From assembly GCA_002269645.1 (NCBI GenBank), contig NIVC01002109.1, positions 1 to 64,000 on the forward strand: DNA of 64,000 nucleotides, read 5' to 3'. The notes below the pieces were generated by a model. It was not told where the DNA came from. It ran no database searches and saw only the letters and a list, made by a program, of their open reading frames with translations. The position numbers and the translations under genes are program-made. Below, in pieces: positions 25,772-36,519 of the stretch. This stretch comes from Macrostomum lignano. Lineage: Eukaryota. The number at the start of each line of letters is the position of its first letter. The stretch's first letter is position 1.

Positions 25772-26574
25772 GGGCTGTTTTTCTTTATAAATTATAATAG
25801 ACAAATACATTTTAACTACTAAGAGTAGGTGTGCGTTATACAAAAGTCCGATTAAGGCAATTATTATACTAACTATAACTAGGTGCACCAAATTGTTTTG
25901 CCATAGGATACTTCATGGATCTGCTGAGTTAGAAAACGGATATTCAAAGTTGTACGCTTGCAGAATAAAAACAGTTTGGGCCATAGACAATGCCCAGAGT
26001 TGGACATCAACTCGTTTAAAATGCATTATACCATTGTATCTCAGATCTCTCAGTCAGAAACTTTCGTGTCGTCTATGGCCCAACCTATCTCTGTTCTGTA
26101 GGCTTTCAAGCATGACAAAAGCTATGTTCTTTTAACTTTGACCATAGACTATATTGCTTTATATTACTATCAGTAACGTATGATTTATTAAGATTTATAA
26201 ACTTTATTTGTCTGTCTAGAGGTTTATTTGCTAGTTGTATTTTATTTCTTTTATTTTAATAAATGCAACTTTTCTCTTTTGTTTTTATTTTCACACATTA
26301 ACTATTAATAGTATGTGCCAATATTACTATACTTTACATGTTATTCTGCAAATGTGTTATGTATTTTATTTGAATTTTTAGAGTGCAATATTTTTTCCTG
26401 AGTTTCAATTATTTACTAGATAATTTTCCTTTATGTCTCTATATTGCAATATATTGTCAATGCTAACGTAAATTTCTATATTTGTTATTGTTCGGGTACT
26501 TAATTTATAATTTTAGGATCTGTTTTTAATTACCCAGTTTTTATTATAGCGGTCTGTTAAATTTCCCAGCTAAG

Positions 26575-27117
26575 TCTGTTAGAATTCCAAGCTTAGACTA
26601 TTATAGTTTCTCGCTTAGTATATTAATATAGAATTCCTAGCTTAGACTATTAGAATTCCAAGCTTAGACAATTAGAATTCCAAGCTTAGACAATTAGAAT
26701 TCCAAGCTGAGACCATTAGAATTCCAAGCTTAGACTAATAAAATTCCAAGCTTAGACTATTAGAATTCCAAGCTTAGACTATTAGAATTCCAAGCTTAGA
26801 CTATTAAAATTCCAAGCTTGGACTATTAAAATTCCAAGCTTAGACTATTAGAATTCCAAGCTTAGACTATTAAAATTCCTAGCTGAGTCTATTAGAATTC
26901 CTAGCTGAGTCTATTAGAATTCCTAGCTGAGTCTATTAGAATTCCTAGCTGAGTCTATTAGAATTCCTAGCTGAGTCTATTAGAATTCCTAGCTGAGTCT
27001 ATTAGAATTCCTAGCTGAGTCTATTAGAATTCCTAGCTGAGTCTATTAGAATTCCTAGCTGAGTCTATTAGAATTCCTAGCTGAGTCTATTAGAATTCCT
27101 AGCTGAGTCTATTAGAA
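26575..27117. repeat. 22-bp minisatellite, two unit variants (ATTAGAATTCCAAGCTTAGACT then ATTAGAATTCCTAGCTGAGTCT)
   Basis: Direct reading; the variant switch is near 26880. Confidence 0.95.
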
Positions 27118-27904
27118 TAGTCAAGTCTGTATCTAGTCTAAAATGTCTATTATTTTTGAGTCAAGTACTAGTAATAAAAGCTTCATTATTTAATTCGCTG
27201 TTTTAAAATCCAAAATTTTGTGTTAGTTATTTTTTCATTTTTCTATAACTAGATTTTTGGTTCGGTAAATTATCTAGAAATTTTCTCTAAAGATTTTCTT
27301 TAATATGATTTATGGTCAGAGGATTTTTAATCGTCCCACCTGTCAGATTGTCCGTCTTTCTGCCTTTTTAACTACCTGCCTGCCAGTTACCTGTATTATC
27401 CAGCAAGAAAAATATTTGTTTGATCGGCTATGACATCAATAAATAAATAAATATGAACAAGGTTGGGTCTTCCCTTTTCTCTCAAGAAAATTCTGTCTGA
27501 GGTCTGAACTTATTTAAATACGATGCGTCTTATTTTATTTTTTTATTTCAATAAATTCTTTTCTCATCGAGCTCTAGACTGGGGAGTTTTGCTTACTGAC
27601 AAATAAAATTTGTTTTTTTAATATTCATGCTAGACAAGGTGTAACACTTTGTTTCTTCTGTCAAAACGTGATATTATTTAACAGAAACGAGGGCTCCTCT
27701 ATCGAAAATGCATCAGACGAAGATAATGCTGCAGCACTACTAACAAACTGACTTCAGTAGCTCAGCCGACTTTTGTACGAGTAATTTGCACATTGATTCT
27801 ATGGTCGCACAATCATTTTAGGAGCGATTCCTGGAATACGTCAATAAAATGACGATTTTTTGGTGTTCAGCTGTTGCAACTTAGATCCTGTGCAGCGTAG
27901 ATCC

Positions 27905-28230
27905 TGTCCCTTGGTGGGCCCCCTCTGTCCCTTGGTGGACCCCTCTGTCCCTTGGTGGCCCCCTCTGTCCCTTGGTGGCCCCCTCTGTCCCTTGGTGGGC
28001 CCCTCTGTCCCTTGGTGGCCCCCTCTGTCCCTTGGTGGGCCCCTCTGTCCCTTGGTGGGCCCCTCTGTCCCTTGGTGGGCCCCTCTGTCCCTTGGTGGCC
28101 CCCTCTGTCCCTTGGTGGGCCCCTCTGTCCCTTGGTGGCCCCCTCTGTCCCTTGGTGGCCCCCTCTGTCCCTTGGTGGCCCCCTCTGTCCCTTGGTGGAC
28201 CCCTCTGTCCCTTGGTGGCCCCCTCTGTCC
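27905..28230. repeat. 20-bp GC-rich minisatellite (CCCTCTGTCCCTTGGTGGCC)
   Basis: About 16 copies. Confidence 0.95.
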
Positions 28231-28695
28231 TTTGATGGGCTCCTTCTGTCTCTTGGTGGGCGCCCCTGTCTCTCAGTGGCCCCATCTCTTAGTGGGTGCC
28301 CCTACCCTTGACTCTTAGGCCGGTGGATGATGTCACGTCCCAGAGGTGATAAAATTTGAAATCAGGTAGAGTTGCTCGCTTCGCAAATAATAGAATAAAA
28401 AACCAACAATCAACATTTGTAAGTCGACGCGTTTCGCACTCCGTGGTGCGAAACTCCGTGGATCGTCTCGGCAGCCAGAAAGGCTTCTGATTGATGCTGA
28501 ACCAAGGACAACTTGATAACTCAGGACCGGAAACGAGCCAGTTCATGGCGAAAAAAGTATGAGGCTCGTTTAAAAGCATTGTTCTATGGCCCATCCAAAG
28601 CTACGAAAGCGAAGAAATCTGAGCTTAAAATTGAGTTCTTCGCATGCACTTGCAATTGAGAGAGAGAACTTTTATTCTTGCTGAAACTAAATATC

Positions 28696-29056
28696 ATGCC
28701 GAGAAAATGCAGCGTCATTTTCTGTTGTGCAAACTACAATAGTAACCGTGATCGGAATGCTGCAGTATTTTCGTTTCCTAAAGATGCAACTGAACGAGAG
28801 GCTTGGCGACTGTCTCTGCCTAATCAACTGACGGTAAGACTTTCTTCAAATGTGCTTTGTGAATCAGATTTAGCCTGGCCACATGAATTCATTAACAATT
28901 TTGTTGTTGTTTAGACCGTGACAGACTACATGGGCGTGTGTGCTAAGCACTGGCCTCAAGATGCACCAATGATAAAAAAGGGAAGAAATGAAAGGCCGCT
29001 ACATCCACCGTCAGTTTTCGACGGAGTCCCGCGGTCCTGCCTCGTTCAAACACAAG
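28696..29056 (+). CDS. THAP zinc-finger domain, exons 28696-28833 and 28915-29056 (N-terminus of the P-type transposase)
   Basis: MPRKCSVIFC..FSFPKD..REAW..|TVTDYMGVCAKHW..PPSVF: C2CH plus conserved P, W and F, joined across a phase-0 gtaag..ttag intron. Confidence 0.85.
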
Positions 29057-29145
29057 GTTTGTGAATTTCTACTGCTTTAATTCAAATATTCGAGCGTATT
29101 TGCACTCCATCAAATAGGGTCGAAACGAAACACTAAGATGCGTGC

Positions 29146-30581
29146 TTGGATATTGCAGTGCGTGCCAGTCGACAGGCTGAGGGAAGGGGCGTGCTGTTGT
29201 CCGAACGATGCCTTTTCCAAGATGAACTAGTAGAATTTCGAGAGCGTGACACGCTGCGATCGTGGACTGAATTCCGAGCATCTATTCACTGTTCAGACGT
29301 CATCAAAGCCCATCAGCCTATTGTTACCATTGTTCAAGAGGAGGTGTTTATCTTCTCGTTAAGCGCCAATGCCGAAATGGTTCTGCGAGTTTTCGTTTCA
29401 CCAAACTATTCCTTGCGATGCTTTCGGTTACACTCACCAGTTGCGGTTCGAGATCTGCTTGGATCCTGCCGAAAATTTAAACACGGCCCACTCGGTGAAT
29501 TCACTGAAATGATTTCCCGGGGAAAGTTGAAGCACCCGCCAAAGTGGCTGTTCAATTTTGCTTGCCTCTGTTTCGGATGCTTCATTTCGCTGCGATCACC
29601 GTCATGTGCTTTGCGAGTGCGGAAATTGTTTGCTGCCGTTGGCGAGTTTTACTTCCTTGAAGCGGGTAGCAGTTGGGGCAGCTGCAAGGAGCTGCTGCTC
29701 AACACCTACAAGGCCATTTCGCGCAGCATCCTCAACTACGCTGCTACTGTTTGGGGACCTGTCATCTCGTCCACCTCCTGGAACGGGCTCCAGTCGGTCC
29801 AAAACGCGGCCATTCGGTGCATCACCGGCTGCACCGTCAATACCTCTGTTGCCGACCTTCACTGCGAGACCCGGATGCTCTCCAGTTCCTCCTGGCCTCT
29901 CGCCGTCCTGAGCACCCCTGCTACCACCTTTCCGCCTGCCCGGCCCCTCGCCGGCGCATGAAGCCGTCCATTTTTACCGCACCATTCTTTGACGATTCCT
30001 GGCAGCCAGTCGAAGCCCCGGCGGTCCTCGACGACGCGGCAGCCTGGGACTGAGGCTCAATCACATCGACGGCCTACCTCCTAACCGCGTCGTCGGCCTT
30101 CGCCCCGACGTCTGCGATTCCGAGCGTTCTTTGCCGCATCGGACCCGCTCTCTGCTCGCCCAGCTGCGCTCTGGCTTCAGTCCTATGCTACGTAGTTACC
30201 AGCACCAGTTGAATCCTGAGACGTCTCCAAGCTGTCCTGAGTGCGACGCGGCCACGCATGATTGCCTGCATCTTTTTAATTGCCCGGCTCACCCCACCGA
30301 GTTGGTGCCTTCTGACCTGTGGCGCAACCCTGTTGAAGTCGCTGAGTTCCTTCCTTGAGGAACTCAGCGACAAAAACTTCCTTGAAGCAGATGTTCTGGG
30401 ATGCTGCGTGCCTCTCACCAACTGTTTCTTCAATGGTTATGTTCAACGAGGAGAAAAGAGCGCTCCTTTGCCAGATAAAGTGCACGATAGAAAAATACTG
30501 AAGTTGAGTGGATGTATTCAACATTTTAGAAAACCGACCCTGCACCCGCCTTCTGACTGCCTATCAAAAAGTCAAATATGA
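29146..30581 (+). pseudogene. Remnant P-type transposase (N-terminal part fused to the C-terminal SRGKLKHP..NCFFNGYV..RKILKLS part), interrupted by a LINE fragment
   Basis: Removing 29661-30349 plus one TSD copy restores ..VGEFYFLEELSDKNFLEADVLGCC... No catalytic core is visible. Confidence 0.6.
29661..30349 (+). mobile_element. Truncated non-LTR retrotransposon 3' fragment (RT C-terminus + CCHC-like tail) nested in the P element
   Basis: AGSSWG..KELLLNTYKAISRSILNY..W..LQSVQNAAIRCITG; LAQLRSG..SY..CPEC..H..HLFNC..LW..P.EVAEFL. Flanked by CTTCCTTGA at 29652-29660 and 30350-30358. Confidence 0.85.
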
Positions 30582-30963
30582 TACGAGTATACATTGGCAA
30601 CTAAAAGCATGCGCATACGGACGGGCCATAGAACAATGCTTTTAAACGAGCCTCATACTTTTTTCGCCATGAATTGGCTCGTTTCCGGTCCTGAGTTATC
30701 AAGTTGTCCTTGTGCTGAACACCATGTTGACTTGCCGCTTGGCCCATAGAGTGGTTTGATAGGATTGTACCATAGACAAAAGTCAAATTTGTGGCAACTC
30801 TTGAGCGTTTGACTGTTTAAAATTCAATTCAGACAGAAGGAGTTGCCTAAAAGCAATCAAAGTTAATGCCAATAATTAAATATGTGGGTCTTTTAAACAA
30901 AAATCTGTTTTATTTGGAGAGTCTAGATTAGAGTAGAGTTGTGAGTAGATTAGAGAAGAGTAG

Positions 30964-31137
30964 AGACGAGAGTAAAGTAGAGCATAGCTAGAGCAGAGAT
31001 TCAGAGACGAGAGTAAAGTAGAGCATAGCTAGAGCAGAGATTCAGAGACGAGAGTAAAGTAGAGCATAGCTAGAGCAGAGATTCAGAGACGAGAGTAAAG
31101 TAGAGCATAGCTAGAGCAGAGATTCAGAGACGAGAGT
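30964..31137. repeat. 41-bp tandem repeat, ~4 copies (GAGACGAGAGTAAAGTAGAGCATAGCTAGAGCAGAGATTCA)
   Basis: Direct reading. Confidence 0.9.
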
Positions 31138-31314
31138 AGAGTATATTGGGGCAAACTAGTCGTAGAGAATAATGGAGTAGAACTTGATTTAGGACAAAAG
31201 AACAAAAAAGCGTACATAGTGTTTCAGTATGATCTGTCATTATTATTCCGACGCACAGAGTTCCTTCGTCTTGAATTCAAGTGAGCTTCAGCTCTCATTT
31301 CTTCTTAGTTCTTC

Positions 31315-32241
31315 TTAGCGCACCAGAATAGCAAAGTAATCGGCATCCCGGATGCTAGCAGACATGACCTGACTGGGGTCAGGACTGTACACAATTCTCG
31401 GCACAGGCGCAGTATATCGATACATTGGACAGACATCGTTCTTTGAGTCCAACACGGCCATAAATCCATTGTCAGCTGGGCAGCCTCATTAGTTCATATT
31501 GATGAAGAATCGCCTGCAATTACTGCCCCCAGTTTCGCCTTCAATACTAAAATAGTTCATGGTGTACCTCGACGCCAGGTCAGTCACCGGCCAGCTGCGG
31601 ACGAGTCGCTGCTTCCTAAACCAGTTCAGATTGGTTAGAGCGTCAACAGAGGAACCTACATCGAATTCTAGTCGAACTACAACGTCAGATCCGTTGTAAA
31701 TCTGCACAATGAACCGCTTGTAGACGAGACCAGAAATCAGGCGACGTACGTTCTCTAACAGGCTGGAACGAAAAGCGTTCGGCAGGTTGGCAATGTCCGA
31801 GTCCAGAGCTGCTGGTTGCACTACAGAGTCGGAGTTGCCACCAGTACTTCCGGTCATCAGTTCCCACACTGTATATCCACTGCCGGCTCTCACGCCCAAG
31901 ATTAGGTGCTCAAGAGCGATGAGACTGACTGGCATGAGCACGATTGAGTCGCAGTCGTCCACAGAGCACAGTCGGTAGCGAGGGCACAGAGCGGCCGTCA
32001 CGTGGCAATTGGGCCTGGAGTTTGACGACTGCATGACAACTGCCATGGGGACTGCAGACACGGCAGCAGCCATGCCGCAGGTGAAAATCTGCTCAGACAC
32101 AAAAGACAGCGCTTGAGAACAGTTTGGCAGGAAGGAGTAGCGCTTGAACTCCAACCGGTTGATGCTGCAATCGCCTGTTGTTAATTCTGCTTGTGTTGCT
32201 GCTAGAAGCAGTATGCAAACTGATATTAGCTCTTTAGACAT
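31315..32241 (-). pseudogene. Intronless secreted protein of unnamed invertebrate domain family, reading frame interrupted by TAA-TGA at 31491-31486
   Basis: Signal peptide MSKELISVCILLLAATQA. After RRFFINMN** the same frame stays open for 56 more sense codons (GCPADNGFMAVLD..PRIVYS..ADYFAILVR) to TAA at 31317-31315. Confidence 0.6.
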
Positions 32242-32829
32242 TTCCGAAGCACACACTGCAAGTGACTGCAGACAAGAACAGCTTCTTTATACGAACTGGC
32301 TGCTGTCACAACAGGTGTTTTCTATTTGAAATGTTTCCCATCACTCGTCCTCAAGTCTATCAGGTGATATCTCTGACCTGGACAGTAAATAACTCAGAAA
32401 AAATGGCACTTCTCACTGTAAATAATTAATATAATGTCAGTCGACTTGAAAATGTTTGCACAAACTCCGGTGAAAGGAATATCCCTCCATTGTATTTTTG
32501 ATTGACAGATTAATTTTCACAAGTGGCGAAGTTCCACCGTTCCACCCAGTATTACAGTACAAGTACTCCAGCTTCATACTGAAGCAGTTCAATAAGCGAA
32601 CTTTAGTGAGAATCTATCATTGGCACACAACCAAACTCTAAGAGAATTAAAAATGGCTGACATTTACTTAATACGCATGCATATTATGCTTGAGAAGCAA
32701 CGATTGTTGAATGAAAGGACAAGCACGATTGTAAGCTAACTACAAACTTGAACAATCGGCAAAACTAACCAAATAAAACAGCACGTAAAGCAATAAATTT
32801 ATTTGACCAATCTATAAACAGATTCGATG

Positions 32830-33137
32830 TGGGCCGTAGCCTATAGGCCGTGGCCGTAGCCGATTCCGAGTGTAGTCGCATTAATTTGGGGCTAAATTGG
32901 AATCTCGGCTTGGCTCTGCTCGCGCAATTAACGGCCTTGAAGGCCAACCCCCAAGGCACAGTGAAGTGTACATGCCTAACGATAAATACAGTCAGGACCG
33001 CTGTACACTCCTGTGTGTGTGCCTGCGTACGTATCGCGCGCTTGTATGCCTGCTCAGGGGAGTCGGCGGAATGGGCAGTAATGCCTCTCGCCGGTTGTGT
33101 GACAATGTCGCTTAAAGTGAACCAGGGTGCACACAGC
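32830..33137 (+). mobile_element. SINE-like family B, copy 2
   Basis: Reverse complement of 1508-1820. The 5' end GGGCCGTAGCCTATAGG..GCCGATTCCG resembles a collapsed tRNA head. Confidence 0.75.
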
Positions 33138-33393
33138 CCTTGACTCTACTTAAAAAACGAACAAATAAATGGACTTAACCAGTATATACATTAGTTTTAA
33201 ACAATCTATACACTGATTTGAGTAATTTATATACTGGTTTGACCAACCTAAACATTGATTTGAACAATCTGTACACTGGTTTGATCGATCTATATACTGG
33301 TTTGAGCAACCTATACATTGGTTTGAACAATCTGTAAACTGGTTTCATTCATCAGTTAGAAACCATTAGTTAAAACAAAGAGTTGCAAAAATA

Positions 33394-35012
33394 TCACGAC
33401 GCGCTGTGCAATTCAAATCCGGCGGCAGTGCTCAGCAGTCGATCCTCCGGTCGGTAGGAAATCGGCGCGTCGCCGAAGGAATTCCAGACGGCGCAATCGC
33501 CGGATTCGACGGCTAGAGACACGGAGGGCGAGGATTTCGGCGCCGGGCCGGCGCTAAGACCGACAAACTGAGCATCGACTTTGGCGTCGGACAGTGCAAC
33601 GCGAGAGAACCGGAAGTACAGCCTAGCGCAGCAGGTCATGTCGTCGCGCATGGAATCGCCTGCCGGAGCGGCGGCAGCGCCCGTCCTGACGAAGCTGACG
33701 GTGCCAACGAGGTTCACCGGTGTACCCGGGGACAGTTTTGCCATTCCGGCGGTCAAATTCCAGACTAAAATCCGACCAGAAGGAGAAGCCTGCTGCTGCT
33801 GCTGCGTGAGCGAGGCTGTGCCTAAGCTGCAAGTCAATTTAGCATCCCGCGGCTGCGGAGCCCAAGCTGGCAGGTGCAAGTGCACCTCGCAATAGTCGCA
33901 TTTGGCCGCGCCGCGACACAGAATGTCGGAAAATATTAACTGAAGCCTGACAGCAGCAGACTGGCGCATGTGCGATGGTTGCTGCTGCTGTTGCTGCTGT
34001 TGTTGCTGCTGCTGCAGTCTCACCTGGTAGAAACCTGTGACAAGCGGATGCAACGGCTGCGCCAGCCAGTAGGTGATCAAACGACTGCCAGCCTGGCGAG
34101 GCGGCTGCAGCCGGATCCGAGCCGACTGAGGCGTGGCGTCCCAGTAGGCGCAGCGGGGCGTCACCAGGACTCCGTGCAACAGTTGACGCGGACTGTCTAG
34201 GCGAATTTCTAAACTGCAGTTCTCCTGCGATTGCGGGGTTTGAGAAGATTTTAGTTAGTATGCATGCAGTATGGCGACTGATACACTGCTGACAATGAAC
34301 CCCACCCTCACCCTCGGTCCCTCACCCCCTCACTTTCACCGCTTCACCCTCACCCTCACCCTCACCCTCATCCTCCCTCTCACCCTCACCCTCACCCTCA
34401 CCCTAACCCTCATCCTCCCTCTCACCCTCACCCTCATCCTCACTGTCACTCACCCTCACCCTCACTCTCACCCTCATCCTCACCCTCACCCTCATCTTCA
34501 TCGTCACCTTAACTCTCACCCTCACTCTCACTCACTCTAACCCTCACTCTCACCCTCACTCACCCTCACCCTCACTCTCACTCTCACCCTCACCGTCACT
34601 CTCACTCACCCTCACTCTTACCCTCACTCTCACTCACCCTAACTCTCACCCTCACTCTCACTAACCCTCACCCTCACTCTCACCCTCACTCTCACCCTCA
34701 CTCTCACTCACCCTCACCCTCACTCTCACCCTCACTCTCACTCACCCTCACTCTCACCCTTACTCTCGCTCTCACCCTTATCCTCACCCTCTCACCCTCA
34801 CCTTCATCCTCTTTTCTCAATTCTCACCTTTAACAACGACGCGTCGCAGGTGAGACACCCGAAGCACAGGTAATTATCGCCCTGCCGCGAATGACAGGAA
34901 TTCTCGTCCTGGCAAGAATAATAGACCCGCTCTGTCAACTGCAGGGCCACGGAGGAACCCTGCGTTGGAGATTGAGAAATAAACAGATTTTAAACTCAGC
35001 TCCCATAATACC

Positions 35013-35065
<53 letters not shown>

Positions 35066-35791
35066 TAAGTGGCCCATTACTCATGTAGTCGCGCATGGAA
35101 TCGAGCCCAGGCACTCCAGCGGCACAAAACTAAGACGCAGTAGCCGCTGAGCTACTTTGATCCCCGCTCCTATCCTGACCTTCTTCGACTTCTTTTCGGC
35201 GGGCGCTCCCACAGTCCAGACTGTGTGCGGCGACTCTGCCGCCTCTCTGCTGCCCGCCGCCGGCAGGCTTGGCACCTGGCCGAACAGGTGCCGATAGAGA
35301 GGCTGCTCCAGAGCCAGCGGGGTGCCGAAAGGACAGGCATAGGACAGGAACAACTGCAGCTCGGCCAGCCGCGGCTCCTCCGGGCCGAAATCCTTCGACA
35401 GAGGGCCGAGAAACTCGCCAACAGCTTCAAGCAAAGCGAACGCGTCCATCACGGCGTCTTCATGATCCTCGTTGCCAAGGCACCATAGCAACGCGCCTGG
35501 CGGACTATGCTCGGTGACTAGCAACGGCCGGAGTACCCCGCCCGGCACGGGCACTGAGAACACTGGCTTTGTCGGAGACAATCGGCAGGAGTCTCGCTCG
35601 GGCACAAACGATTCTGTTGGATAGGCCAAGCCCAGCGCTCTGACAATGCAGGCTGTTAACTCTTTCTGATCCATGGCGGCCGGTAAACCGGCCAGGCTGG
35701 TCGACGTTGCCGAGAACCGGTGCAGTAGCACCGGCTGACCGGAAAAACTGCCGCCAGTGTCACGCAGGCGGAACAGACCCAGGCACAGCAC
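33394..35791 (-). CDS. AP5M1: AP-5 complex subunit mu; exons ~35791-35180, 34959-34828, 34224-33394 (start codon unresolved)
   Basis: LFLSYACPFGTP; exon 2 (absent from the ORF track) GSSVALQLTERV..YLCFGCLTCDASLLK matches the mu-homology start; CARLYF..LSDAKVD..V; C-terminal CAVWNSFGDAP. Phase-0 GT-AG junctions. Confidence 0.8.
34280..34800. repeat. (CACCCT/CACTCT)n hexamer satellite in AP5M1 intron 2
   Basis: Direct reading; (AGGGTG)n on the transcribed strand. Confidence 0.95.
35012..35064. repeat. (CTGT)n microsatellite in AP5M1 intron 1
   Basis: Direct reading. Confidence 0.95.
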
Positions 35792-35834
35792 AGACAGAAG
35801 AAATTAAGAAAATGTGTTAGTGATAGAAATAGAA

Positions 35835-36285
35835 ACCAGTTCAACCCCCTCACTCCCCTGATAATAATTGGCCTGCCAGTTCAACCCCCTCACTCCCCTG
35901 ATAATAATTGGCCTGCCAGTTCAACCCCCTCACTCCCCTGATAATAATTGGCCTGCCAGTTCAACCCCCTCACTCCCCTGATAATAATTGGCCTGCCAGT
36001 TCAACCCCCTCACTCCCCTGATAATAATTGGCCTGCCAGTTCAACCCCCTCACTCCCCTGATAATAATTGGCCTGCCAGTTCAACCCCTCACTCCCCTGA
36101 TAATAATTGGCTCGCTAGTTCAACCCCGTCACTCCCCTAATAATAATTGGCTCGCTAGTTCAACCCCCTCACTCCCCTGATAGTAATTGGCTCGCTAGTT
36201 CAACCCCATCACTCCCCTGATAATAATTGGCTCGCTAGTTCAACCCCGTCACTCCCCTGATAATAATTGGCCTGCCAGTTCAATC
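35835..36285. repeat. 40-bp minisatellite between PIGG and AP5M1
   Basis: CCAGTTCAACCCCCTCACTCCCCTGATAATAATTGGCCTG, about 11 copies. Confidence 0.95.
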
Positions 36286-36519
36286 CTCTCTACCCTTGTT
36301 TTTAGTTATTTTTTATAATTGAAAGTATAAATCGCAAAAAAAACTGTTTATTACTTAGAACAGTACTAATAGGTGTAATTTATATTAAGAAAAAAAGGAG
36401 AAGGGAAAAAAGTAAATGCAAATAAATTTAGCTGAGCTATAGTCATCTTTTTGTCAGTTTGCTAGGAGCACCAAAGTTTTTTTCAAAAAGAACAGAAACT
36501 GCCTAACTTGGATTTCAAA

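Larger units (their letters stand above)
28503..30712 (+). mobile_element. P-superfamily DNA transposon, internally deleted (non-autonomous), THAP-encoding
   Basis: 90-bp TIRs (28503-28592 and 30623-30712, starting CAAGGACAACTTG) and a perfect 8-bp TSD TGCTGAAC (28495-28502 and 30713-30720). Encodes a spliced THAP domain and transposase remnants. Confidence 0.9.

Noticed and set aside
28415-28470. Second hammerhead (minus strand GCAC-cacgga-GTGC-GAAACGCGTC)
   Set aside because: Stem II and the GAAAC-GCGUC half look like a PLE hammerhead, but the CUGANGA half is absent (replaced by a local duplication). At most a decayed remnant.
31486-31488. Selenocysteine TGA in the secreted gene
   Set aside because: It is immediately preceded by an in-frame TAA, and no SECIS was recognised.
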